Shown: piece by piece, positions 29,042 through 39,908 of the stretch
Layout: every line of letters starts with the position of its first letter
Numbering within the stretch: the stretch's first letter is position 1
From: an uncultured Candidatus Saccharibacteria bacterium
GTDB taxonomy: Bacteria > Patescibacteriota > Minisyncoccia > Phycocordibacterales > UBA1006
Direction: 5' to 3'
Assembly: GCA_964592365.1 (NCBI GenBank)
Contig: CAZQDL010000003.1
Location: 2,186-66,185, forward strand
Length of the DNA stretch: 64,000 nt
The notes under the pieces: model-generated
Told to the model about the DNA's origin: nothing
The model's input: only the letters and a program-made list of their open reading frames with translations
Database searches by the model: none
Program-made: the position numbers and the translations under genes

Positions 29042-30046
29042 ATGTTTTCAAAAAAACTAGGAATTGATCTTGGAACAACAAATATCTTGGTATATGTACC
29101 AGGAAAAGGAGTTATCTTAGACGAACCATCAGTGGTTGCTGTTTCAATACAAGATAACAGGGTACTTGCCATTGGTTCTGAAGCAAAGCAAATGATCGGA
29201 CGTACTCCTGATGATATTGTTGCATATCGACCAATGAAAGATGGAGTTATCGCTGACTACCGAGTAACTGAAAAAATGCTCCGTTACTATTTTCAAAAAG
29301 CACTTGGACCATGGAACTTCATCAAACCTGATGTATTACTTTCTGTTCCAGCTGGAATTACCTCAACAGAGAGAAGGGCAGTTATTGAAGCAGCAATGAA
29401 AGCAGGAGCAAGGAATGCATATGTAGTGAAAGAGCCAATTCTTGCTGCTATTGGAGCTGGAATTACTATCCAACAACCAAACGGTTACATGATTATCGAT
29501 ATTGGAGGAGGTACCATTGATGTTGCTGTTATCTCACTTGGAGGAATTGTTGCCTCAAATTCTGTAAAGTGTGCAGGAAGAAAAATTGATGATTCAATTA
29601 TCGACTTCATGAAGAAATCGTACAACTTAGCTATTGGTGATAGGACAGCTGAGAAGATAAAGATAAAGATTGGATCTGCGTTACCACTTGATGATGAACT
29701 TGAAGTTGTGGTAAAGGGAAGAGATTACATTACAGGATTACCTCGATCAGTTAAAATTTCAACTAATGAGATAACAAAAGCTATTGATTCTGAGTTAAAA
29801 ACAATGATTCAAGCAATCAAGGATGTTCTTGCAGAAGTTCCCCCTGAATTAGCTTCAGATATCATTGATAACGGAATTACCCTAACTGGAGGAACATCAC
29901 AACTGAGAAATCTTGATGAACTTATATACAGAAGAACAGGAGTTCAAGCATTTCTAGTTGATGATCCACTGTTTTGTGTTGCTCGAGGAACAGGAATTGC
30001 TCTTGAACACCTCGATACTTACAAGAAAGCAATCATCAGTAAATAG
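29042..30046 (+). CDS. mreB: rod shape-determining actin homologue MreB
   Basis: GIDLGTTN phosphate-1 motif and IIDIGGGT; about 335 aa from Met MFSKKLG. Confidence 0.9.
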   Translation: MFSKKLGIDLGTTNILVYVPGKGVILDEPSVVAVSIQDNRVLAIGSEAKQMIGRTPDDIVAYRPMKDGVIADYRVTEKMLRYYFQKALGPWNFIKPDVLLSVPAGITSTERRAVIEAAMKAGARNAYVVKEPILAAIGAGITIQQPNGYMIIDIGGGTIDVAVISLGGIVASNSVKCAGRKIDDSIIDFMKKSYNLAIGDRTAEKIKIKIGSALPLDDELEVVVKGRDYITGLPRSVKISTNEITKAIDSELKTMIQAIKDVLAEVPPELASDIIDNGITLTGGTSQLRNLDELIYRRTGVQAFLVDDPLFCVARGTGIALEHLDTYKKAIISK

Positions 30047-30083
30047 CAAGGTCAAACCTTGCTATTTTTGATACACTAAAGAT

Positions 30084-30728
30084 ATGAATCTATCAAAGCA
30101 TGTAGAAAAATGGAAACCAAATCACCATAGCTATGGAATATCAAGTACTTTTCTAAAGAGTGCTGATTTAAGAAAGATGCTTCCTCAGGATATTGATTAT
30201 TGTTATGAATCAGATCAAGACACTTGTAAAATAGATGAGGTACGAAGAATACGTAATTTACAAAGTGAACGAACTGACGGCGTTTCAGTTTTTATTATTT
30301 CCTGTACTCATATTACCCATGAAGCTCAAAATGCACTGTTGAAGATTTTAGAAGAACCAAGTTCTCATACCTATTTCTATTTAATCTACCCTCAAATTGA
30401 ACAGCTATTGATAACCTTACAGTCACGTCTTGAGGTGCTTGAATATACACAGATTCAATCTGAAGATGGAATTATTGAACCCTCAGCATTTATCGCAATG
30501 TCTCTTGATGAACGTTTTAGTTACATCAAAGAAATCACTGACAAGAAACATGAGCCATTATTACAAAAGAAAGATGTACTTCATCTTTGCTATCATCTTG
30601 AACAACACTTCAGTAGTACAAAAAACTATCAAGGACTTAAGACAGTATATGAAGCTCGTACCATGCTTCTTTCAAGTAGTGCATCGCTTAAAATGATTCT
30701 TGATATGGTTGCTGTATATTGTTCGTAA
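30084..30728 (+). CDS. DNA polymerase III delta-prime-like clamp-loader subunit (N-terminally short)
   Basis: AQNALLKILEEP box and sensor-like TLQSRL; no Walker A region; 214 aa. Confidence 0.55.
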   Translation: MNLSKHVEKWKPNHHSYGISSTFLKSADLRKMLPQDIDYCYESDQDTCKIDEVRRIRNLQSERTDGVSVFIISCTHITHEAQNALLKILEEPSSHTYFYLIYPQIEQLLITLQSRLEVLEYTQIQSEDGIIEPSAFIAMSLDERFSYIKEITDKKHEPLLQKKDVLHLCYHLEQHFSSTKNYQGLKTVYEARTMLLSSSASLKMILDMVAVYCS

Positions 30729-30744
30729 TGTATACTTGAAACAT

Positions 30745-31287
30745 ATGAATTTTGACTTTAACAACACACAACGAGCTCTTAATCAGGCTATTGAATATCT
30801 TAAACAAGAATACTTACAAATATCAACAGGGAGAGCTAATCCTAGTCTTCTTGATGGTATCTATATCGAGACATATGGAACAAGGCAGCCAATTAAAAAC
30901 ATTGCATCTATCACCCTTGAAGATGCACGTACTCTTAAAGTAACTCCGTGGGAAAAGAATCAAATTCAAACTATTGAAAAGGCACTTCATGAATCTCATC
31001 TTCCTTTTTCAATATCAGTTGCTGATTCTGGAATTAGAGTTCATATTCCACAACTTACTGAAGAATCAAAGAAGTCTTTAGTTAAATTGGTAAAGGAAAA
31101 ACTCGAAGACGCACGAGTAAAAGTACGAAACGCTCGGCAAGAAACAATGAAAGAAATTGATGCTTCAGAATCAAGTGAAGATGAAAAGAAGAGGAATAAG
31201 GAAATACTTCAGAAGCATACAGATGAAGCGAATAAGAATTTAGAAGAAGTTTTTGAGAAGAAAGAAGCTGATATAATGAAAGTGTAG
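30745..31287 (+). CDS. frr: ribosome recycling factor
   Basis: collinear with RRF (two-domain pattern, conserved R/K-rich C-terminal helix); start at MNFDFNN. Confidence 0.9.
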   Translation: MNFDFNNTQRALNQAIEYLKQEYLQISTGRANPSLLDGIYIETYGTRQPIKNIASITLEDARTLKVTPWEKNQIQTIEKALHESHLPFSISVADSGIRVHIPQLTEESKKSLVKLVKEKLEDARVKVRNARQETMKEIDASESSEDEKKRNKEILQKHTDEANKNLEEVFEKKEADIMKV

Positions 31288-31288
31288 T

Positions 31289-32371
31289 ATGAATATCCTA
31301 ATATTTATTATAGTTTTAGGAACACTCATATTTGTTCATGAACTAGGACACTTTCTCTTTGCAAAACTTTTTAACATACGAGTTGATGAGTTTGGATTTG
31401 GATATCCACCTAAAGCACTTACACTCGGTTACTTTAAAGAAACAAAAATTACACTTAACTGGATTCCTTTCGGAGGGTTTGTAAGAATTCATGGTGAAGA
31501 TGGTGATGGAAAAGAATCACATGATTCACTTGTTTCAAAATCTAAGCCAAAGCAATTTCTCGTAATGGCAGGAGGTATTATCTTCAACATTATATTCGCT
31601 TGGATATTACTTTCCTCAAGCTATATGCTTGGAATTCAAAGTTCAGTAGATTCTGCACCCGATGGTTATGTGTTTGAAAACACAGCATTGACGGTGACTT
31701 CTGTGTCACCAGAATCTCCAGCCTCACTTGCTGGATTGTTACCAGGTGATGCTGTTCTTGAATATCAAAGTCCTGATACACAGGTTTTTGTAGAAGATGA
31801 AGGAACAGAAGTATTTAGTAACTTCATCAATGAAGCTGGATCTAAGGGTCACAGTGTTGATATTGCAGTACTGAGAGATGAACGTATTGAAAAAATCTCA
31901 CTTATTCCAGAAGAGGGAATTATTGAAAATCGATTTGGAATTGGTGTAGGGATAGATCAAATTGGTGAAGTTCGACTCGGATTTTTTAATGCTCTGTATC
32001 ACGGACTTATCAATACCTTTGTGTTCCTTGGGGCAATCACTGAAGGATTCATTAGTTTAATTTCTGGTTCAGTTCCACTTGATGCTGTTTCTGGTCCTGT
32101 TGGAATTGTAAGTCAGGTTGGTCAGGCTAGCTCTCTTGGACTTACTTATCTACTTGGATTCACGGCGCTATTGTCACTTAATCTTGCGGTACTCAATGCC
32201 TTTCCATTTCCAGCACTAGATGGTGGAAAAATTGTAGTTATTGGTATTGAATCAGTACTTAAAAAACCACTTCCTGTTCAAGCAGTAAACTGGGTGAATG
32301 CGATTGGATTCATTATCCTTATCCTGTTTATGATTGTCATAACCATTAAAGATATTTTTGTACTGATATAA
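31289..32371 (+). CDS. rseP: RIP site-2 zinc metalloprotease RseP-like
   Basis: HELGH in the first TM region; PDZ-like middle domain; C-terminal LDGG motif. Confidence 0.85.
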   Translation: MNILIFIIVLGTLIFVHELGHFLFAKLFNIRVDEFGFGYPPKALTLGYFKETKITLNWIPFGGFVRIHGEDGDGKESHDSLVSKSKPKQFLVMAGGIIFNIIFAWILLSSSYMLGIQSSVDSAPDGYVFENTALTVTSVSPESPASLAGLLPGDAVLEYQSPDTQVFVEDEGTEVFSNFINEAGSKGHSVDIAVLRDERIEKISLIPEEGIIENRFGIGVGIDQIGEVRLGFFNALYHGLINTFVFLGAITEGFISLISGSVPLDAVSGPVGIVSQVGQASSLGLTYLLGFTALLSLNLAVLNAFPFPALDGGKIVVIGIESVLKKPLPVQAVNWVNAIGFIILILFMIVITIKDIFVLI

Positions 32372-32394
32372 AACAAGCAGAAATGCTTGTTTTA
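32371..32394 (+). terminator. rho-independent terminator
   Basis: AAACAAGC-AGAAAT-GCTTGTTT followed by T-run. Confidence 0.8.
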
Positions 32395-32423
32395 TATTAC
32401 CCACATCATGTTACAATTCCAAC

Positions 32424-33857
32424 ATGAAACTAAGGGAAATCTTACATAATATTGAGACACTTCAGGTTATTGGAAGTACAGATATGTTCATTTCTGAATT
32501 AAGTATTGATTCAAGAAATATTACACAGGGTAACCTTTTTTTTGCAATACCTGGAACTGAAGTAGATGGGCATACATATATTCAGCAAGCAATACAACAA
32601 GGTGCTTTAGCTATTGTGTGTGAAGTACTTCCTGAACAACTAACTCCTTCTGTTTGCTATATTCAAGTATCACATACGTCATCGGTGGTAGGGATAATGG
32701 CATCTACCTTCTTTGGAAATCCAACTCAAGAACTAACCGTAATTGGTGTTACTGGTACCAATGGAAAAACAAGTATTGCGTACTCTTTATATCACGCACT
32801 TCTTTTACAAAAGAAAGAAGTAGCTCTTTTTTCTACCATCTCAAATATTCTCAATGGAGAGGTGTTTCAAGCGGGACACACCACAGAAGATGCTATTTCT
32901 CTACAAAGACATATGAGGCAAGTAGCAGATGGTGGGGCAAAATTCGTTTGTATGGAAGTTTCTTCACATGCATTGGAGCAGGGAAGAGTACAGGGTGTTG
33001 ATTTCGATATTGCCTTGTACACCAACCTAACACAAGACCATCTTGACTATCACCATACGATGGAAGCATATGCCAAGGCAAAAAAGAAATTTTTCGATAT
33101 GCTTAAACCCTCTTCAGTTGCGATTGTGAATGCTGATGACTCATATGCAGAGTATATGGTTGAAGAAACCAAGGCATCGATTAAGTACTACGGAATGACC
33201 AATGGGGAATATCGTATATCATCTCCTGAGTTAGAAATGACACAATCATCATGGATGATTCAAGATACTCGCGTTGTGAGTAAGCATATTGGATTATTCA
33301 ATGTATATAATCAGACCTGTGTATATGCAGTACTTGATACTCTTGGATTTGAAGATGCAGATAAAACTCTTTCAATGATACCAGGTATACCTGGACGAAT
33401 GGAGATGGTAAGTTCAGCTGAAAAAGGTATTACTGGAATTGTTGATTATGCACACACTCCTGATGCCTTGAAAAAAGTCTTAGAAACAATTTCACTTGTT
33501 CCACATAGAAAGATTATTACCATATTTGGTTGTGGTGGTGACAGAGAAAGGGAAAAAAGACCTCAGATGGCAAGAATTGCAGAAGAACTGAGCGATATTG
33601 TGATCGTAACAAGTGATAATCCGAGAACTGAAGATCAGAATCAAATTTTCAGTGATATTGAAAAGGGATTCACAAAATCAGCAACAGAGCACGCAGTTAT
33701 TACCGAAAGAAATGAAGCTATCAAGCGAGGTGTTCAAATTGCACAAGAAGGTGATGTTATCCTTATTGCAGGAAAAGGACATGAAAATTATCAGATAATA
33801 GGGACAAGTAGATTTCCTTTTAATGATAAAGAAATTCTACAATCACTACTATCATGA
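32424..33857 (+). CDS. murE: UDP-N-acetylmuramoyl-L-alanyl-D-glutamate--2,6-diaminopimelate (or Lys) ligase MurE
   Basis: P-loop GVTGTNGKTS; MurE-characteristic DNPR motif. Confidence 0.9.
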   Translation: MKLREILHNIETLQVIGSTDMFISELSIDSRNITQGNLFFAIPGTEVDGHTYIQQAIQQGALAIVCEVLPEQLTPSVCYIQVSHTSSVVGIMASTFFGNPTQELTVIGVTGTNGKTSIAYSLYHALLLQKKEVALFSTISNILNGEVFQAGHTTEDAISLQRHMRQVADGGAKFVCMEVSSHALEQGRVQGVDFDIALYTNLTQDHLDYHHTMEAYAKAKKKFFDMLKPSSVAIVNADDSYAEYMVEETKASIKYYGMTNGEYRISSPELEMTQSSWMIQDTRVVSKHIGLFNVYNQTCVYAVLDTLGFEDADKTLSMIPGIPGRMEMVSSAEKGITGIVDYAHTPDALKKVLETISLVPHRKIITIFGCGGDREREKRPQMARIAEELSDIVIVTSDNPRTEDQNQIFSDIEKGFTKSATEHAVITERNEAIKRGVQIAQEGDVILIAGKGHENYQIIGTSRFPFNDKEILQSLLS

Positions 33858-34570
33858 GAATAGGTTTTTTTGATTCGGGACTTGGTGGTCTTTTGGTAAT
33901 GGAACATTGTATTAAACAAAAGCCCCATCATGAGTATGTTTTTTTAGGTGATACGAAGTATCTTCCATATGGACCACGATCAACTGAAGAAATAATTGAA
34001 TATTCATTTCCATGTATTACCTTTCTTCTTGAACATCAACAATGTGACCTTGTTATCATTGCTTGTAATACCATTAGTGTCCGAGCTGTAAAACAGTTCC
34101 AAGAAAAATATCCACAGTACCGTGATATGGTTATTGGTATTGATATACCTACACTTTCATACCTAAGAAATATTGATAGTGAAGAGGTACTTACCATATC
34201 AACCATACAAACTAAGGAGTCAGGTAGGTACAGCTCTTTTAGTAAAGAGGTGATTGCTATGCCTGGATTAGTTGAACTTATCGAAAATTCACAAAAAGAA
34301 ACTGCTATGCATATGTGTGATGATGTTCTTGCACATCATCATGAGATAGCTAATCTTTTTCTTGGCTGTACGCACTATCTTTGGTTGTGCGATGATCTTA
34401 AGGAAAAATACCCTGATATACATATCATCAGGCAAGATGAAATTGTTTGCGAATTAATCCCTGACATACAGAAAGATAAATTCAATGTTGAATATTTTTT
34501 AACTTCGCATATTGATGAGTATATAAAAAAATACCAGAAAGATTTTAAACTGGTATTTATACCTCGATAA
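33854..34570 (+). CDS. murI: glutamate racemase
   Basis: FDSGLGGL, PYGPRS and IACNT motifs; 4-nt overlap with murE. Confidence 0.85.
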   Translation: MRIGFFDSGLGGLLVMEHCIKQKPHHEYVFLGDTKYLPYGPRSTEEIIEYSFPCITFLLEHQQCDLVIIACNTISVRAVKQFQEKYPQYRDMVIGIDIPTLSYLRNIDSEEVLTISTIQTKESGRYSSFSKEVIAMPGLVELIENSQKETAMHMCDDVLAHHHEIANLFLGCTHYLWLCDDLKEKYPDIHIIRQDEIVCELIPDIQKDKFNVEYFLTSHIDEYIKKYQKDFKLVFIPR

Positions 34571-35861
34571 GTTGATGAGTGTATTGATATACATCACCAG
34601 CACCTGCAGATACAATAACATAATGTTCATTGTATTTTTTTATAATCTTCGAAACGAGATGCTCTGGTTGCGTTACTTGTTCAACACTAATTCCAGCTTT
34701 AAGTAAATCATCAAAAAGAAGAAACGCTTCATCTTTCAAATACTCTTCTCTTGCTCTGTATGTTTCAAGAAGATACAAATGATTAACTTGTGATAGCGCA
34801 CTAACAAAACCTTCTTTTAAATCTCTTGTACGTGAGTAAAGATGTGGTTCAAAGAGCATTACAATATGCTTTTCAGGAAACATCTCTCTTAACGCATCAC
34901 ACAGAAGGTGAAGACCTTCTGGGTTATGAGCATAATCATCATATACAACAGCACCATTTTTAGTAACTCCTAGATATTGAAATCTTCTAAATGCGCCTTT
35001 AAATGAATGTGAAAGATATCTCTTTGATTCTTCAATATCAAGGGAAAGAGCCTCCATTATTGAAAGAGCTGCACATGCGTTATATTTGTTATGCTCTCCT
35101 GGAACTGAAACCGTAATACCATCTAAGTATTTTGTATAGTCAATGATTTTCATACCTAAGCTCTTTGCTTCTTGAATAACAGAAGATAGGTTTGGATCAT
35201 TAACATTACATACAAGAATTCCATTACCCTTTGTATTACGCACAAAGGAAATAAATGAATCTTGGATATCAGCTAAATCTGAAAAATAGTCTAGATGATC
35301 TTCAGTAATATTAGTAACTACCAGAATATTATGGTGAATGTTAAGAAATGAATCTTTGTATTCACAAGCTTCGGTAACAAGAATTGTATCATTCCCTTGA
35401 AGAAAATTACTTGAAAACTTCTGTGATACCTCTCCAATAATTGCTGTTGGATGAAGATCATGATGTTCTAGTAATTCAGAAATCATAGTTGTAGTGGTTG
35501 TTTTTCCATTGGTACCTGAAACAGCAATTGAAAATGGAACCGATTTACTTACCATACCAAGTGCTTCTGGATAGCTAAGTTCTTTAATATCAAGACTACG
35601 AGCTTTTAGCCGTTCAGGATCATTTTCAGAAACAGCTGGGCTGTAGATAAGTAAATCAATATCCTTTGATATTAATGACGGGTTACTTCCAATGTATACA
35701 AGAGCCCCCTTATCAATTAAGAGTGCTGTTTGTTTGGATGCTTGTAAATCAGAACCTGAAACTTGAGTACCGTGTGCAAGATAGTACTGAGCCAGTGAAG
35801 ATACACCAACCCCTCCTGCACCAACTAGGTGTACATGCTTTACTTGAATTCTTTCGTTCAT
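34557..35861 (-). CDS. murC: UDP-N-acetylmuramate--L-alanine ligase
   Basis: VHLVGAGGVGVS Rossmann N-terminus; GTNGKTTTT P-loop. Confidence 0.9.
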   Translation of the reverse strand: MNERIQVKHVHLVGAGGVGVSSLAQYYLAHGTQVSGSDLQASKQTALLIDKGALVYIGSNPSLISKDIDLLIYSPAVSENDPERLKARSLDIKELSYPEALGMVSKSVPFSIAVSGTNGKTTTTTMISELLEHHDLHPTAIIGEVSQKFSSNFLQGNDTILVTEACEYKDSFLNIHHNILVVTNITEDHLDYFSDLADIQDSFISFVRNTKGNGILVCNVNDPNLSSVIQEAKSLGMKIIDYTKYLDGITVSVPGEHNKYNACAALSIMEALSLDIEESKRYLSHSFKGAFRRFQYLGVTKNGAVVYDDYAHNPEGLHLLCDALREMFPEKHIVMLFEPHLYSRTRDLKEGFVSALSQVNHLYLLETYRAREEYLKDEAFLLFDDLLKAGISVEQVTQPEHLVSKIIKKYNEHYVIVSAGAGDVYQYTHQLIEV

Positions 35862-35881
35862 ACAAAACAGTATACCAAAGA

Positions 35882-37264
35882 TTAGTAGTTTTTTAGATAT
35901 TGTTTTACCTTCTGAACAAATTGATCATTTCTTTCGTATTCATTCTTAAATAAACCAAAAGATGCAGCTGCTGGTGAGAGGATGATAATATCACCATCAT
36001 TAGCCTGCCTTAAAGCAAGATTGCATGCTGTACTCATACTCAATGCTCTTGTATATGAGGTGTATGAAGTAGGTAATGCATCACAGATTTTATCTGTTGC
36101 TTTTCCAGGGAAAAGAAACACGTAACTTACATGTTTCGCTATATATTCTGCAAACTGAGTGTAATGAAATTCCTTATCAGATCCACCAGCTATTAGAATT
36201 ATCTTTTTATCAGGATACTGGTCCTTCAAAGAACGCAGAGATTCAATGGTTGAATCAGGTGTAGTTGAATTGTTATCATTAAAGAATAGTAACCCTCGTT
36301 TTTTACTTGTGCCTAAAAATTCAAATCTTCCACTAACACCTGAAAACAGGGTAAGTCCTTCTTTAATATACCGAGAAGAAATACCAAGACATCGTCCTAC
36401 TTCAAAGGATAAAGAAATGTTTTTCATGTTATGGCTTCCAAAAATCATGTATTCCCATGATTTCGGAAGATTATCTAAATCTGCTAAATGTTCTTCAGAC
36501 TTAATCTCATTAGAATAATATTTTGTGATAGCATCTTTTGCATTCTGAGAGTAGACAAGTTTTCCATTGCTATCTTGGTATTGGAAAATAGCAGCCTTGT
36601 CATTAAAGTACTCTTGCATTGAACCATTGTAATAGTTCATATGATCCTCAAAGAAACTGGTGAAAATAGCAATGTCTGGTGAATATCCAATAGTATGCAG
36701 TCCTTGTAACTGCCATGAATCAAGTTCAGCAAGGATAATATCACCATCTTTAATTTTTTTGAGGATAGGGAGATTTGCAACACCACGTATATTTCCAGCT
36801 AGGTGGTATCTTAAACCAGCTGCCTTAAGGATTGATTCAACCATTGCGGTTGTTGTTGATTTTCCTTTAGTACCGGTAATTCCAATAACTTGTACCTTAT
36901 CAAATTTCAATTCCTTTAGTATCTTCACTAAGAGTGCAAATGACATAAATGTAGGTACTCCATCTAATTGAGCAGCTTTTAAGTATTTATTATCTTTTGG
37001 AATTCCAGCTGCATGTAACACAAGGTCACGATTTCTAAAATCAGCTACCTTATGTTTTTCCAAGGTATATGAAATATTCTTATATACCTTAAGGTTTTTA
37101 ATAGAAGGGCTAAGTGTTTGTTTCGTACGAAGATCAGTTGCAATGATATCTGCACCACATGATGCCATGAAAGCAATATCTCCAACTCCGCGCCCAAGTA
37201 AACCAATTCCCATTGCGGTTATTTTTTTTCCTTGGAAGTATTCTTGATACTGCGCTTTTTTCAT
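35882..37264 (-). CDS. murD: UDP-N-acetylmuramoylalanine--D-glutamate ligase
   Basis: GxGxxG N-terminus; GITGTKGKSTT P-loop; Mur ligase C-terminal domain. Confidence 0.9.
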   Translation of the reverse strand: MKKAQYQEYFQGKKITAMGIGLLGRGVGDIAFMASCGADIIATDLRTKQTLSPSIKNLKVYKNISYTLEKHKVADFRNRDLVLHAAGIPKDNKYLKAAQLDGVPTFMSFALLVKILKELKFDKVQVIGITGTKGKSTTTAMVESILKAAGLRYHLAGNIRGVANLPILKKIKDGDIILAELDSWQLQGLHTIGYSPDIAIFTSFFEDHMNYYNGSMQEYFNDKAAIFQYQDSNGKLVYSQNAKDAITKYYSNEIKSEEHLADLDNLPKSWEYMIFGSHNMKNISLSFEVGRCLGISSRYIKEGLTLFSGVSGRFEFLGTSKKRGLLFFNDNNSTTPDSTIESLRSLKDQYPDKKIILIAGGSDKEFHYTQFAEYIAKHVSYVFLFPGKATDKICDALPTSYTSYTRALSMSTACNLALRQANDGDIIILSPAAASFGLFKNEYERNDQFVQKVKQYLKNY

Positions 37265-37331
37265 AAAATAAAGTGTACTGTTTTCGTATCAAAAAAACAA
37301 GAATACTTTTTTTTGATATACTACATGACAT

Positions 37332-38624
37332 ATGAACGTTATTGATTTCCACAACAAATATATTAATGAACATGGATTGAAAGTATGTACTGATTCAAGA
37401 AATGTAGAACCAGGTTCTGTATTTTTTGCTCTAAGAGGTGACTCATTTAATGGAAATGATTTTGCCGTGCAAGCTCTTTCAAATGGCTGTATTGCAGCGG
37501 TTGTTGATGACCCACTTATTCAGCATGAACGTTGTATTTTAGTTAGTGATGTTCTTTCTTTCCTTACTGAACTTGCACGCTACCATCGAAGGACGGTAAA
37601 TATTCCTGTAATTGGTATAACTGGAAGTAATGGAAAAACAACAACAAAGGAACTTATTTGTGCAGCGTTATCAAAACAAAAAAAAGTAATCGCAACGATA
37701 GGAAATTTGAATAATCATATTGGTGTTCCTCTTACTTTGTTGCGAATTACCTCAGATACTGACATTGCAGTTATTGAGATGGGTGCGAATAAGATAGGGG
37801 ATATTAAAGAGTTATGTGAAATTGCAGAACCTACCGCAGGTATCATTACTAATATTGGTAAAGCACACTTGGGATATTTTGGTGGTATTGGAGGTGTTAT
37901 TGAAGCAAAAACAGAGATGTACCGTTTTCTACAAGAACGTGATGGTCATATATTTGTAAATGCATCAGATGATCTTTTGTTGAAATACGCAGGAGCACTT
38001 GAAAAGACTCTTTATGGACCAAAGGTTCACAATGAGTTTAGGGTGATTTCAAAAGAAACAGTCCCATATGTTTCAGTGTCTTGGGGGTATAATCAAGAAA
38101 TCAAAACACAGCTAACTGGTGAGTATAACGTTGAAAATATTGCATGTGCTATTGCCGTTGCTATGTATTTCAACGTACGGAATGATCTAATCAAAGAAGG
38201 TATTGAATCATATCACCCACATAACAATCGCTCAGAAATTACCGAAACACCATTTGGAAATACTATTATAAAAGATTTTTATAATGCGAATTCAAGCAGT
38301 ATGAATGTTGCGATATCAAACGCAGCGCATATAAAAAAGGAAAACCAAGTACTTATCCTTATTCTTGCTGATATGTTTGAGCTAGGAGAATTCTCAGAAG
38401 AAGAACATCAAATAGTAGCGAGGCACGCAATGAGTGTACAACCAGACAGACTTATCCTTATCGGAAAAGATTTTTATAAAGTTCCAATCACAGCTGAAAA
38501 ATATTTAAGTACTGAGGATTGTATTAAAGCACTACAAGATCAAATAATAACAAACAGTTTGATACTTATTAAAGGATCAAATGGAATGCATCTTGGCAAA
38601 ATACTACAAGAGGTTAATCTGTAG
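37332..38624 (+). CDS. murF: UDP-N-acetylmuramoyl-tripeptide--D-alanyl-D-alanine ligase
   Basis: TDSR motif near the N-terminus; GITGSNGKTTT P-loop. Confidence 0.9.
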   Translation: MNVIDFHNKYINEHGLKVCTDSRNVEPGSVFFALRGDSFNGNDFAVQALSNGCIAAVVDDPLIQHERCILVSDVLSFLTELARYHRRTVNIPVIGITGSNGKTTTKELICAALSKQKKVIATIGNLNNHIGVPLTLLRITSDTDIAVIEMGANKIGDIKELCEIAEPTAGIITNIGKAHLGYFGGIGGVIEAKTEMYRFLQERDGHIFVNASDDLLLKYAGALEKTLYGPKVHNEFRVISKETVPYVSVSWGYNQEIKTQLTGEYNVENIACAIAVAMYFNVRNDLIKEGIESYHPHNNRSEITETPFGNTIIKDFYNANSSSMNVAISNAAHIKKENQVLILILADMFELGEFSEEEHQIVARHAMSVQPDRLILIGKDFYKVPITAEKYLSTEDCIKALQDQIITNSLILIKGSNGMHLGKILQEVNL

Positions 38625-38626
38625 AT

Positions 38627-39847
38627 ATGAATGTACTTACACATGAATCACTAAATATACCCACTTCACCAGGGGTGTATTTTTTCATGAAAAATGATGA
38701 AGTTCTATACATTGGAAAGGCTACTAATTTAAAGCAAAGAACAAGAAGCTATTTTAATCCAACTCTCATGGAAACAAGGGGACCAATCATTGTGAAAATG
38801 GTAGAAGAAGCAACTAGTATAACTCATACAGTAACCGACTCTGTACTAGAAGCACTTCTCCTTGAATCATATTTAATTAAGAAACACCAACCCGCTTACA
38901 ATTCAAAGGAAAAGGATGACAAAAGTTATAACTATGTAGTTATAACAAAAGAAGACCTTCCTCGTGTTTATCCTGTAAGAAAAAGAGAATTAGATATTCT
39001 CATTGGAAGAAAGCAGGAACTTCTTCATGTCTTTGGTCCATTTCCCCAAGGAAATGTTTTAAGAACCGCATTACAAATACTTAGAAAAATATTTCCATTT
39101 TATGGAAAGAAAGGTGTTGGTAGTTATTCTCACGAATTCTATGAACAACTAGGTCTTGAGCCTGACGGAACTTCAACATTGAAGGAAGCATATCAGGAAA
39201 ACATTGCATTGCTTGCACTATTCTTTCAAGGAAAGAAGGCACAAATAATTAGTACCTTGAAAAAGAAAATGATGGAGCATGCAAAGAAACTTGCTTTTGA
39301 ACAAGCGCAAACAATTAAGAAGCAAATATATGCTCTTGAACATATTCATGATATTGCTCTTATGAAAAGAGATTTTGAACTAGGAACTGATATTTCAATG
39401 ACGAGAATAGAGGCATATGACATTGCCCACATGCAAGGGCAAGATATGGTTGGGGTGATGGTGGTACATAACGGAAGAGAAATTAGTAATCAAGATCATC
39501 GTATTTTTTCTGTACGTTCGGTAAGTAGTTCAAATGATCCTCTTGCTTTACGTGAAGTACTCACTCGAAGACTCGCTCATACCAATTGGCCATATCCTTC
39601 ACTCATCGTTGTAGATGGGGGGAATATTCAAAAACGTTCCATTGAAAAGGTACTTAAAGAACATGACCTAAGTATCCCTGTTGTTTCTGTTGTAAAAGAT
39701 GATCGTCATAAAGCAAAGGGTATCTTAGGACAACGTAAAATTATTGAAAAGTATCAGTATGAGATTTTGAATATACATGCTGAATCACATCGTTTTGCCA
39801 TCAATGCACACAAAAGAAAAAGGAATAAAAGATTTTTAGATTCATAG
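38627..39847 (+). CDS. uvrC: excinuclease ABC subunit C, compact (no C-terminal HhH domain)
   Basis: GIY-YIG motif PGVYFF...VLYIGKATNLKQR; UVR helix-loop-helix region; RNase H-like endonuclease block RIEAYDIAH; only 406 aa. Confidence 0.75.
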   Translation: MNVLTHESLNIPTSPGVYFFMKNDEVLYIGKATNLKQRTRSYFNPTLMETRGPIIVKMVEEATSITHTVTDSVLEALLLESYLIKKHQPAYNSKEKDDKSYNYVVITKEDLPRVYPVRKRELDILIGRKQELLHVFGPFPQGNVLRTALQILRKIFPFYGKKGVGSYSHEFYEQLGLEPDGTSTLKEAYQENIALLALFFQGKKAQIISTLKKKMMEHAKKLAFEQAQTIKKQIYALEHIHDIALMKRDFELGTDISMTRIEAYDIAHMQGQDMVGVMVVHNGREISNQDHRIFSVRSVSSSNDPLALREVLTRRLAHTNWPYPSLIVVDGGNIQKRSIEKVLKEHDLSIPVVSVVKDDRHKAKGILGQRKIIEKYQYEILNIHAESHRFAINAHKRKRNKRFLDS

Positions 39848-39908
39848 GGTGGTATACTGTTTTTGTTATCAATAATCATAGTCAAAAAAATAGCGACTAT
39901 ACAAACAT

